DNA of 63,157 nucleotides, counting the filler, from Diploschistes diacapsis (taxonomy: Eukaryota), in the NCBI GenBank assembly GCA_023645945.1. It is 26 parts of 26 records of this genome, joined end to end, with 100 filler letters (N's around TTAATTAATTAA, not from the genome) between each part and the next. Parts side by side here need not be neighbours in the genome. Positions count along the whole stretch, not along the records: positions 1 to 18,093 come from JALAIB010000426.1; positions 18,194 to 19,216 come from JALAIB010004265.1; positions 19,317 to 20,339 come from JALAIB010004266.1; positions 20,440 to 21,461 come from JALAIB010004267.1; positions 21,562 to 22,583 come from JALAIB010004268.1; positions 22,684 to 23,705 come from JALAIB010004269.1; 20 more parts are not named here. One strand, 5' to 3'. A program made the translations under genes and the position numbers. Below the pieces are notes generated by a model. It saw nothing but the letters and a program-made list of their open reading frames with translations, had not been told where the DNA came from and did no database searches. Below are positions 12,114 to 23,168 of this stretch, one piece after another (within the stretch, counting starts at the first letter, position 1; each line of letters starts with the position of its first letter).

Positions 12114-13919
12114 ATGCCGCAGCCGGTACTGTCTTCCCAAGCCCCAGTAACCCGCCGTCCGCAAACCACGCGATCTGTTAGACGTGCCTTCAACAGGCGC
12201 ATCAATATCAGACCTTCGGAGAGAGATCTGCAGAGAGCTGCAAGGGAGGAAAGGCAAGAGCGTTTGGCAGCCGATCAGCGAAGAAGAGGACAAAAGAAGA
12301 AGGAGAATGAGCGGAAGAGGGCCGAGGAGAGGGAGAAGGAGAAGGAAAGGATTAGGCTATACGGTGTCGAAGTCGTCAAAGTGGAGGAGGGTCAAAGAAG
12401 ACTTGCCAGCTTCTTCAGAGCAGGGACAGCTGATAGTTCAGCGCTGCAGAGACCACAGCATGGGGTTGAGGACAGTGGCCCAAATATTAACGATGCTGGT
12501 ACCGAACGACATCCGCAGGCAGACGAACAAAAGTCTATCGATGCATCGAACGTTGCAGACAGGCTAGTGATAAGCCAGGCCAAGCGTCCATTTGACGAGA
12601 ATGAAGAGATTGTACCAGAAAGGAGTAGTGCGGGCCAGTCTGAGGAAACTAGCACAGCCATCAAGCGAGTTGAAGGCAATCCTCATCTGATTCCGGGTAT
12701 GCCTCCCCCCAGCTTTAAGCCTCTTCAGAAAAAAGCACCGTCTCTGTTACAGAGACCGGGCAACCAGTATAATCCACCAAATTCTATACTTGAGAAGCCT
12801 ACCCGAAAACCCCTTGAGCTACTTTCGCAAAGCCCACAGCGTGCTCGAACAGAACCTCCCGACTCCCGAAAAAGAAAAGCAGAGGCACAAGACCCCGAGG
12901 AAGACTGGACAAAGCTTTTTCAGAGTAACACGCAAATAGAGCGTGAGCTCTGCGCTCCTGTTCAAGGCAGGCCCACCAGGCGACAAGCGAATCCTACAAT
13001 GAAAGGCCCAACATCGATTTCGAAGCCGGAGCGGCTTTCGGGGATTAGAGTACATGCAATCAAGGGATCAGAGTACGATGAGCGTCTGCAAGCGAGGAGA
13101 ATGGCGGCATTGGCCAAGTACGAAGCATTGACCGGAGATCGGTTCAGTCGTGATACCGTGTGCAAGAGCACGGCTGCTAAGGGGGTCGTACACAAGGCCG
13201 GCCTAAAGGCAAATAATGGCTATCATGCACCACCCCCCCTCATCCCTCGCACAACTCCCCCTTCCCAGCATCTTCGCAAACCACTTGCTCAAACCAGAGT
13301 CCCCACCTGCCTACCAAATTTCCACCATACATCGAACGCCACCTCCTTTTCCTTCGACGACGACGATGACGAGTTCTTCTGGGGCATGTGCACCCAAGAA
13401 ATCATGGACGTGCCCACATCCCCTGTCCCTGCACCACATCCCAGACCCGCAGACATCCGCCCGCGACTCAACAACATCGGTGGGGGAAGACCGCACGAGT
13501 ATAGCCAAATGGCAGGAGAAGCTAATGTACCCCCGTTGAAGGATAGCGAGCGGACGCAGCAAGATCGGAGGCGCAGTCACAATTCGACACCGAAAGCAAT
13601 CGGGCCAGCCTTAAAGATAGGCGCCGGGCAGAAACAGACTCCAATAACAAAAAAAGAACCAACCCCAGCTCCAAAGGAGGATGGCGGGCGGAAACAGACT
13701 ACGACGTCGAAAGAACCTGCACTGGCCCCGGAGAAAGGTAGCGGTAGCGGACAGCAGCTGCTGCAACAGCAGCTGCACCAGACTCCGTCTTTACAGATAG
13801 AAGGTAAGGGAAATGGAGAAGGAGAGGAAGGGAGAAAGGGTGACAGCAGCGCCCCGCAGCCTATAGATTCCTTCGACTTCGGCATATCGAGCCAAGAACT
13901 TGCCGAGCTTGTCCCTTAA
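12114..13919 (+). CDS. Uncharacterised 601-aa protein: N-terminal charged coiled coil, PIP-box motif, long disordered tail
   Basis: Long intronless ATG ORF with an R/E/K-rich helix followed by QRRLASFF. Confidence 0.8.
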   Translation: MPQPVLSSQAPVTRRPQTTRSVRRAFNRRINIRPSERDLQRAAREERQERLAADQRRRGQKKKENERKRAEEREKEKERIRLYGVEVVKVEEGQRRLASFFRAGTADSSALQRPQHGVEDSGPNINDAGTERHPQADEQKSIDASNVADRLVISQAKRPFDENEEIVPERSSAGQSEETSTAIKRVEGNPHLIPGMPPPSFKPLQKKAPSLLQRPGNQYNPPNSILEKPTRKPLELLSQSPQRARTEPPDSRKRKAEAQDPEEDWTKLFQSNTQIERELCAPVQGRPTRRQANPTMKGPTSISKPERLSGIRVHAIKGSEYDERLQARRMAALAKYEALTGDRFSRDTVCKSTAAKGVVHKAGLKANNGYHAPPPLIPRTTPPSQHLRKPLAQTRVPTCLPNFHHTSNATSFSFDDDDDEFFWGMCTQEIMDVPTSPVPAPHPRPADIRPRLNNIGGGRPHEYSQMAGEANVPPLKDSERTQQDRRRSHNSTPKAIGPALKIGAGQKQTPITKKEPTPAPKEDGGRKQTTTSKEPALAPEKGSGSGQQLLQQQLHQTPSLQIEGKGNGEGEEGRKGDSSAPQPIDSFDFGISSQELAELVP

Positions 13920-14907
13920 TATGTCGTGGGGAAGTGGGAGAGAGAGGAGACGGGTCAGAGGGATTCCAGCCGGGGCGGTGAATGGATGGATAGACGGTGG
14001 AAGATCGGCCGGAGGACAAGGAAGGAAAAGCGCGGAAGACGAGCATGCCGCATGTTTGTTCCAAGACGCTTTCGCTTCCCTCCGCTTTAGCTTGCCAGTT
14101 TTCCGCACCCGATTCAAAAGTGAGGCTTCCCCACCGCTCAGCCTTCCAGACAGGTATTCCAGCACACATGGGTTTTTGCGCGCGAGGACATCGTCCAGGC
14201 ATATTGTCGCTGACGCACGCAGTTCAGTTGCTTTCCTTTCTCTTCTCTCCGTTCCCTTCCTCACGCTTGCTTGGGAGGAAAAGGGGCGGGGGGGGGCTTG
14301 CATGGCTTGGTCGATGACGCCCATTGCATATACATACAGTGAGCGAGCATAGATTCCTGAAAGCATTTGGCAGCGAGCATGGATTGGGTAGGCATGCTGG
14401 TGAGCGTCTATGTATTTATCTAGGTTTTTCATGGCCAGAGATCAGAACTGTGCACGTGGTAACGAAAATGGCGCTTGGCGACGCAAAGTGGATTGACTAG
14501 GATCAAGAATCAAGATGGAGTCGAGCACGTTACGGTTTTGAGTACCCTGACCGTGCAGCTACTGCCGGCCTAGCACTTCTGGTTGATCCGTCCGCTTCAA
14601 ACTTCCGCACAAAAGGAAATAGAAAAGCAAGGGCCGAAAAGGATCGACATGGTAATTGATATTGCGATGGGACTTGCTCAGAAGCGGCATTGACTTGTGT
14701 ACTATAGGATGCAATGCTAGCTCACAATGGCACAACATTTACCAAAATCCTCAGCACAACCACCGCGCCAGTGCCCTGTTATATATATCCACACATACGA
14801 ACCGACCATCTCCACAAACCCCCCTGCCGCACTCTTCGGGTGGCTTCCAGCCCCTCCATCTCCCCTCCCTCTTTCCTGTAGGCCCTTCACGTTTCCCACA
14901 AAGCGAC

Positions 14908-17004
14908 CTACAGGCTCTGCTTCCCCCTAGTCTCAATGGGGAACAAACACATAGCCACGAACGCAGCCAGGATGAGGCCGCCGGACGCATATACGGGGGC
15001 CGCGGGGCTGACGCTACCGGCGTGCACAGCGACGATGGGCGCACAGAGGCCCGTGACGCGGTTGAAGAACGAGGCGATGCCCGTGCCCGTGCCCCGGTTG
15101 GGAGCTGGGAAGACTTCGGGTGTGCTGGAGGAGAGGGCGTCAGCGCATATTAACAGACTTGGGTAAGAGGGAGAGGGAAGAGAAAGAGCGGAGAGATATC
15201 GGAAGTGCACAGAAGCGGAAGACATACTAAGCGTAAAGCACACCATACATGATGTTCTGCCAAAACGCCTCGAGGGATGTCATGGCCAATTGATAGTCGG
15301 AGTCGCTTTTGATGGTGAACAAGAACAGAAAGATGGCTGTTAGCAGCGTGGAAAAGGCAATGGTGCCTTTGCGCCCGATGTATTTGACATCAACGGTATA
15401 GCACGCGATGATGGACCCGGGGACGCCGATGATGGAAGTGATGGCGTAGTTCCGATACACGATCGCCGTCGGAGTAGGAGGAAGACCTTTGCCTGTGTTG
15501 GCGAGGTATTGTGGCAGGAAGGCGTTGAAGAGCGGGTATCCCATTCCGATGGTCGCCCAGCAGAACCAGATGAGCGCCGTCATGGTACCCAACTTCCTCG
15601 TACCGAACAGGGGAGCGATACGCTGCGTAGAAAATTTCTCGAGTGTGCGCCCGATGATCTGGCTTGTCTTTAGTTTTTCATCCTCAGGCGAGGCGCTGAC
15701 GCCACCAATCTCGTTCAGTATCTCCTGAGTTAGCCAGGTCTTCGCTCCGTTTTTATAAGCAATCCCGTGCACGCTCGCGACGGCTTCAGCCTGGCGACCG
15801 CGGGAGAGCAGGAATTTGGGAGACTCAAAGAGATGGAAGAGGAAGAATCGGCAGCAGAACATGAAGAAGGTAAGGCTGCCGAGGGTGAAAACGAGGTAGC
15901 GCCAGCCCTTGTTATTGGCAGGGTCGCAGCACTGCTCGCCGGGTGCGGTCATGGAGCAGGGGTAGAGGGTGGTTTCGCAGGAGTACTGCGGTATGAATCC
16001 CCAAGCGACTGGCAAGATATTAGAATCACTTTTACTGAAGAATTTCTAGGACGTGAGGAGACTTACTAAGGGATCCGAGCAGTTGTCCAACGGGCCACCA
16101 AATAGACAGCATGGTCAAGAGATTACCGGAAGCGAACGGCAAGAACTCAAGGAACAGAGCGCCATCTACAGGGAGATTTCCTCCGACGCCGAATCCGAGA
16201 GCCGCGAACAGGCCACATGCGCCGATCCAGTTGGGCGCTCCACCCGCAGCAATCCCAAACACACCACATATGAAGAGACTCAAGTTAAAGGCAGGTCTGC
16301 GTCCGATAAGATCGGAAGCGACGCCCCAAAAAGAAGCGCCACAGCAAAGGCCGACAAATAATGCGCAGGTAGTAAACCGAATGGTGTTGGAGTCGACCCC
16401 AAACTCTGGTGTCAGTTGTGGAAGACAGAGCGCAACACCCTGTTCCCCATTAATGTGCTATACACGGCAGCGCCTGTTCGGAGCTCACCTGAAGCCAGAG
16501 ACTATGGGGCTCACGTTAACATCGATCCAGCAAGAAGAGAAGTCTACCTACTTATCCGCTAGCCAGCCAAAGCCACACAAGACAAACAGCTGCCACTGAT
16601 ACCTGCCCATGCCAATATCCTGAATTGCCTTGTTAATGATTTTCGATTTGCCTTGGAGCATGTCAGCTATGCTTTTACCATCCAGGAAGCCAGATTCTCC
16701 AAAGACACTATTACGCCCGTCCCAGATATCAGCTATAGAACCTACGGTCATAAATGGAGTCATAGCCCGAAGCCGCGATGTCGGAATCGATTTCCGCTCG
16801 CAGGCCCTCGAGGGTATAAGCGCTGTACGGTGGAGTCTCTTCCCTACCGTCTGACTCCTCATCAGGTAGCCCTCCTTTGGTGCCGAATTTCTCATCGTTT
16901 GCTGCAATGACGGATGGGTGACGGTGAGCCTCTCCGAATGGTTCGTAGACGCCTTCGAATTCGCTGACGTCGTGCGTGTGGAAAGGGTTGATAAAGAACG
17001 GCAT
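14908..17004 (-). CDS. MFS transporter (SV2-like/sugar-porter-related), six exons
   Basis: Motifs IQDIGMGRYQWQLF, SDLIGRRPAFN, GGNLPVD, ESPKFLL and YTPEVFP. Introns at about 16652-16745, 16502-16551, 16440-16488, 16023-16066 and 15125-15227, with GT/AG ends and branch sites. Confidence 0.92.
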
Positions 17005-18093
17005 CTTGGCGGCGTTGCTCTGGACAAACTGCTACCATCACTATCAAGGTGATTCTAGGTCCGTCGGTGCTGCTGTGGGCAGTATCGATGTTGGCGCAAG
17101 TGGTTTCTACTCGGACCCAATGCTCGGCATATAGGATATGGTGCTTGGTGGAAACCGTGTGTTGTCGAACGGGCTTGCTCTCGGGAAAGCTGCACTGGAT
17201 AACAGTGCTTCGGGAACGATTCAGCGTGTTCGTTGCAGGGTCGTCCGAAGCTGCAGTCGCTTTGGTCGGGAGCGAAGAGCACTGAATCACCAAGCTATTT
17301 AGTGCGAGAACCGAATATGGATACTTGAAGCGTTGATTGCTGTAAACGAAGCAAGCTAGCTATCGAACGGAGAGGTAGATATCTGCACTCCCAGCAGGGG
17401 CGGGACAGGCGGGACGAGAGAAGAGCGAGATCAAACAAGGTATAAAAAGTCGTACAGCGGACGTTTATATAGATCTTGGCTAGTTTCTCGCAAGAGTGCC
17501 TAGATCTGGGAACAGGGGAGGGAGAAAGGGAGGAAAAAATGGCTTTCTCCATGGCACGTGCTTGGCAAAAATCCGCTCCGGTTTTTCTGCCCCTCACTAT
17601 CTGGATCAGATACGGAGGAGGTCAAGTCACGATAAGTTACGTTCCTCAGCGCTTTCGCTCGTTCTTTTGATGGCTTTAAGTTGTAGCCCAAGGGGGCGGT
17701 GCACCGTCTCCATCTTCGAAGCAGGAATGTGCAGATGAGCTTTATGGATAGTATTTATGAGCACTGAGTACCTACTACAGCAGTCAAAGTTTGTTACAAA
17801 GTCCCTAAGGTTGCATATAGACATTAGCGCTTACGCAAGCACGGGAAAAACTGCACAGCATAAGCACTAACCTTTGTGTAAATAGACTAGAATGAGATGG
17901 AAATCGAACAATATTCTCTTGGAACGATATAATTGTGGCAGAAATAGACAGTAGACAGTAGGAGAACACTATTGCGGGTTCAATGAGGAACACATGGTAG
18001 CACGTGCGTCGGTCCATATGTATAATAATACATCGTATACACCAAGGATTCCTCTTTCTCTCCTCTCCCCTCTCCCCTCATCCCGATCTCATC

Positions 18094-18193
18094 NNNNNNN
18101 NNNNNNNNNNNNNNNNNNNNNNNNNNNNNNNNNNNNNTTAATTAATTAANNNNNNNNNNNNNNNNNNNNNNNNNNNNNNNNNNNNNNNNNNNN
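18094..18193. other. Artificial contig-joining linker (first of 25)
   Basis: N44-TTAATTAATTAA-N44 puts stops in all six frames. It recurs at 19217, 20340, 21462, 22584, 23706, 41878 and then about every 1120 nt up to 62039. Confidence 0.98.
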
Positions 18194-18679
18194 ATATAAT
18201 AATGTCTTAAGCGTCGTAATCCCGTCAGCGATCTTGTTATAAATTTTATTTTATATAACCGTTTATTCCGACAATATAGAAAATATAATTTAATTTAAAT
18301 ATAGTTTATCGGAATCTAAGAATTCTTTTTTAACTTTACTGACCGTCGGCCATTATTATCTGGTTCGGATTAATCATAGGGAATAAAATTAGGAATCTTT
18401 AGAATATTGTGATCTGCCGTAATCTAAATGGTAAAGATTCGATATCTAAATTAAGTATTTTTCCACCGATTTTTATTCGTCGTCTTCGAATAAAAGTTAA
18501 ATATCTAAATAAATCAGTTGATTAATTATAACCAAGGTTCCAATCTAGGTTTAGCTTTAATATCGATTCTTAAACTCTCATTATCTGAACTCTTTATATT
18601 ATAGACGCGTTTGTTCTTACCTGTTTGTTTATAAATATCTCGGGATTTCTTTTCTCGTTTCTTACATCACGAAAGGTTT

Positions 18680-18845
18680 TTGGCGGCGAAACACCGCGAA
18701 AATCCGCGAAGCTGGCGAAACTGGCGAAACCGGCGAAATGGGTGACAGGTAATGCGTTTAAGCGACTCGCCGGGTTTCGTCAAAAGATTAGGCGAAACAC
18801 GGCGAAACTGACAAAACTGGCAAAACTGGCGAAACCGGCAAAGAT
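18680..18845 (+). repeat. Two clusters of 9-bp tandem repeats (GGCGAAACY)
   Basis: CTGGCGAAA/CCGGCGAAA units at about 18710-18740 and 18790-18842 inside RIP-type DNA. Confidence 0.75.
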
Positions 18846-18873
18846 GGTGTAACAGCGGGGGTAGTGCCTAATA

Positions 18874-19216
18874 ACGTGTTTCACGGGGATTCCGGCCACC
18901 CCCAGATTCCGGCCACTTTTGCTAAGAAATAGTTTAAATCTTCAATAATTCTTCGAAATTAATCGTAATGTATATTTTTCTTCGGAATATTACTGTTCAA
19001 TCAATTATCTATCATATTTAAAAAGTGCACATTGATTGCGTCATCAGTTAATTTTTTTAAGCGAATTAAAAATAACGACTCGAAAAAGCGGATTTTTGAA
19101 TCTTTTAAAATCAGCTTAACCAAGGAAAGAATATTTTATTTAAATGAACTATTATAAGGGGATCCTTGCGTAGATTTCATTAAAAATATAAGAAAAGCTT
19201 TTTTTTGACGTTATAC
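18874..19216 (+). mobile_element. Fot1/pogo-type TIR element end (family A), inserted at TA within the start of a short LTR (18848-18873)
   Basis: TA|ACGTGTTTCACGG...TCCGGCCACCCCCAGATTCCGGCCAC. Related termini at 20176 (reverse), 23169, 58313 and 60472. Confidence 0.8.
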
Positions 19217-19623
19217 NNNNNNNNNNNNNNNNNNNNNNNNNNNNNNNNNNNNNNNNNNNNTTAATTAATTAANNNNNNNNNNNNNNNNNNNNNNNNNNNN
19301 NNNNNNNNNNNNNNNNTCCGTATACTTAAATCGACGTATATTAAATTTATTACGCTTCGTAAAGAAAACCGAAAACAAAAAACGTTTCTTAATAATCGTA
19401 AAAAACGTAAATTAAATAAACGAATCGAATTAAAAAATCGTTTTATGTTTAATATAAACGAAATTCTTAAAATAATAATTCAAGTTAAATCAAGTCGAAT
19501 AATTTCGAAATGATTTATAACGCGTAAAAAACGTCGTCGCGTTTCTGAAATCGAAGAAGATAAAGATAAAAAGAATAGATTTAATTTAGATCGATTAGAT
19601 TCTGATTGCGACGAATAGGTTAT

Positions 19624-20090
19624 TGTTACGATCCAGGTCACCGAGTGATCACCTAGTACATCACAGCTAGTCGGGCACTTCCCAGTCATTCCTTGTAATA
19701 TAGCCAACCACGGACGCTAGGTCACGTGACTAATAAATATCCAGCGACAAACATCTGTCAGGGACAGATCTACCTAAACAGCTATCTGTCAGTAACAGCT
19801 CAGTCGCAACAGCTCGGCTTGTCGGCAGCCAGCTGTCGCCCTGAACTATATAAAAACACCGCCATAGCTCCCTTAAGTCGGGGCGTGTTTATTTTTATAG
19901 ACATCTTTAACGATTGCTCGAGATCAATCTATATTCGTTACCCTTTATTATTAGATAGCAATCTTTTTAAAGATTAATATAGACTTGTAACCGATCTATT
20001 TCTTTTTTTTTCATACTCCTCTTCTACCAGAGACTAAACCCACCTTGATCAATACCTCGTGTCTACGTTATAGAGATAGAGATCATAACA
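19624..20090 (+). mobile_element. Solo LTR, family A (467 bp), with 5-bp TSD GTTAT
   Basis: TGTTACGATC...GATCATAACA with GTTAT on both sides and an internal TATATAAA; lies just inside a family A TIR end at 20176. Confidence 0.92.
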
Positions 20091-20439
20091 GTTATATTTA
20101 AAAACCGTAGAATGTTAACGGTAGTAATTTGAGGTGGCCGAGCTTTGGGGGTGGCCGAGCTGACCGTGAAACACGTTAAACAAACGGTTAGACAGAAAAA
20201 ATAAATTAAACTATTAAATAATACTTACGGTATTACGTTAATTAAAACACAATTAACTAGATTAAACTATTATTATAAATTAAATACTACCTTAACAACA
20301 AATACAAAGAAATTAAAAAAATTTAGAATACATAATTACNNNNNNNNNNNNNNNNNNNNNNNNNNNNNNNNNNNNNNNNNNNNTTAATTAATTAANNNNN
20401 NNNNNNNNNNNNNNNNNNNNNNNNNNNNNNNNNNNNNNN

Positions 20440-20982
20440 ATTTTAGATATATAAGGTTCTTCGTACGACGTTTATTGCTCAACGCGATAATCATATTTTA
20501 AAACACGATATCTTAATTAACTTAATAAATTTAACTTTATTAAAAAAACGATTCTTATACGTACGATTAATTTAATCGAAGATAATTTTCCGCCGCGACA
20601 GGACGATATACGCGATATATTCAATTTAATGCGCGTAACTCGAAATACGCCGCCAATCGGACCACGATAGACACAAAACTTCGGATAAAAATAAAAAATT
20701 TAAAATACGTTATTAGAAAATATTAATTAAAGAATTATGAACCGTACGAAACTAATTCCATTTCGTACGTAACGTGATTAATAAATATGGTATTCTCGAT
20801 TCGGATATTTATAATTTCGACGAAACCGGCTTTCTTATAGGAATATTAGGTTATATAAAGGTCGTAATTACTTTAAATCGCAAAAATAGATCTCGTACGA
20901 AGCAACCCGATAATCGAGAATGGGTTTTAATTATTTAAATTATTTACGCGAACGGTTATACGCTGCCTCCTTACGTGATTAT
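20440..20982 (+). mobile_element. RIP-degraded Fot1/pogo (DDE_1) transposase fragment
   Basis: Translates KYGILDSDIYNFDETGFLIG...QPDNREWV...GYTLPPYVI with stops. Confidence 0.9.
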
Positions 20983-21163
20983 TGTAAGGCCAAGCAAGGA
21001 GCATGCCAAGAGTCGGACAAGCGGCACTCAGGGTCTTGGCTTGCGGGTACTTAAAGGGGGATTTTGTTCTTCTGTTTCTCTCTTTTTCTCTAGTAATTAG
21101 TCCTAGCATGAATTTATTTTACGTATAGTTATCTTGTTATATTATCGTATTTTATTCCTTACA
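20983..21163 (+). mobile_element. Short LTR, family F (about 181 bp)
   Basis: TGTAAGG...CCTTACA termini; second copy starts at 54045. Confidence 0.75.
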
Positions 21164-21782
21164 GTTTTAATTATTTTATCTTTCTTAAAAACGACGATCC
21201 GACAAGATAATAAGTTTTTCGCAACGTATATGTTAAATAAACCTATACAACCAAATTGAAATAGAAGAAAATGAAGGAAAAGAAAGAAATGAACGATCTA
21301 GAATTACCCCACTTAATAAAAAAATTTAGATCATATCGAACAATAAGAACGAGACTCGCAATCTAAAGCTAAAGCATTAACAAAAGTGTCGTTAGAATAA
21401 AAGGATGGTTTCGAATCTGTATTAAAAGATACATCAAAAATAGTAAAAAACATACTACTAANNNNNNNNNNNNNNNNNNNNNNNNNNNNNNNNNNNNNNN
21501 NNNNNTTAATTAATTAANNNNNNNNNNNNNNNNNNNNNNNNNNNNNNNNNNNNNNNNNNNNATATTTCTTTTTCTCTATTTATAATTTAGATATTTATAA
21601 ATTTATTTTTAATATTTAATTCTTGATTTTATTCCGTATTTATTTCTTTATAAGATTCTTTCCCTTTTTTTTCTCTTTATCCTTTCTGGATTCTATTTCT
21701 TCTATATTTAGATTAAGGTTATTTATTTGATCTTCTTTCTCGTCTTTTTCTTCATTTAAGTCTAAATTCTCGTCCGGAAGGG

Positions 21783-22583
21783 TGTTACGATCCAAGGTAC
21801 TAGGCGGTAGTACTTGGCACGCAACAGCTAGTCGGGCACTTCTCAATCATTCCTTATATATAGTCCAATTAGGGTGACACGGGTCACGTGATGAGTAAAA
21901 GGTTTAAAAGACCATTCTACCTAATCATAAATAGAAAGAAAAAACGGTAATTTTATTTATTTATTCATTTATTTCATTAAAAGAGTTGTTAATTATATAA
22001 AAACGTCGCTATGACCTCCGTAAATTTAGGACGTATTTATTTTTATAGGTATCTTTAGTCATTACTCGGGATCAATTTATATTCGTTATTTCTATCATTA
22101 AAGAGCCTTCTTTTCAAAAACAGTCCAAGATCTATAACTGTTCTACCTTCTTCTCCTGTTTGCACTCCTCTTCTAAACGAGACCAAACCCACCTTGATCA
22201 AGACCTCGTGTCTACCTTGTAGAGATAGAGATCATAACAGTATGCTGTTGACTACGAGATCACACTACATTCCCCTACTACTACCCCTACGACTACCTAC
22301 CTACTACAGCAAGGAAAGTCTCCCTAGACAGCGCGCCTTATGTTTATAATGGGGGCTAACCTAAGGACTTGTCTAAGGACCCTTCCACATCTTGCGAAAG
22401 GTAAGGAGAAGGTTACGATCTAAAAGCTCCAGGCATAACAAAAAGATATTTTTTACAAAAATATAAAAAAAGAAAAAAAAGAGATATCTAATTGTCCTTA
22501 AATAGCCTACCAACATTAAAAAAAATAAAAGAATAAAATTTAATTAAGATATATTTAGAAGGTTAGACTACGAACAAATAGAA
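21783..22583 (+). mobile_element. LTR family A (21783-22239) followed by probable internal leader/gag sequence
   Basis: Same TGTTACGATC...ATCATAACA termini as 19624-20090. No TSD match, so probably a 5' LTR. Confidence 0.8.
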
Positions 22584-22683
22584 NNNNNNNNNNNNNNNNN
22601 NNNNNNNNNNNNNNNNNNNNNNNNNNNTTAATTAATTAANNNNNNNNNNNNNNNNNNNNNNNNNNNNNNNNNNNNNNNNNNNN

Positions 22684-23168
22684 CGTTTCGGGTTTATTCG
22701 GTCTTATTAAAGGCTTAAAGATATATATAAGTTATTAATAACCGTGTCTATCTATTATTTATTATTTGTTATTAATATTAAATAGTTAGTTTTAAGGCGT
22801 TTCGACTAGAATTCAGCTAGTATTGGTATGTAATACTTTAAAAATGATTATAGGCGGTAATATCTCGTTAATAATTAAACTATATTCGATTATAGTTATT
22901 TATTCTTATTTTTTTTAAATAATTTTTTACTTCGAGCTTATTCGACTTAAAACGAAAGCTTTAAAAAAAGAATTATTATTAATATTAAAACCTAACTTAT
23001 TCATATTATAGATATATTCGGGCGCGTATTGCCCCTTATTATATTAAATTATTACTATATCGAACCACCGTTATATAATCTCGTAATTTATCGTATTAAA
23101 TTTATTCGACTCGATCTATCTCGTCTAAACATTAGTAATTTTAGGAAATCGTTTGCGAAATCGCGATA
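22684..23168 (-). mobile_element. RIP-degraded Fot1/pogo transposase fragment
   Basis: Reverse complement matches the DDE fragment at 52064-52410; 23040-23168 also matches 57663-57790. Confidence 0.7.

Noticed and set aside
18138..18149. TTAATTAATTAA palindrome as a regulatory or recombination site
   Set aside because: Always centred in N44 flanks; it is a synthetic six-frame stop linker.
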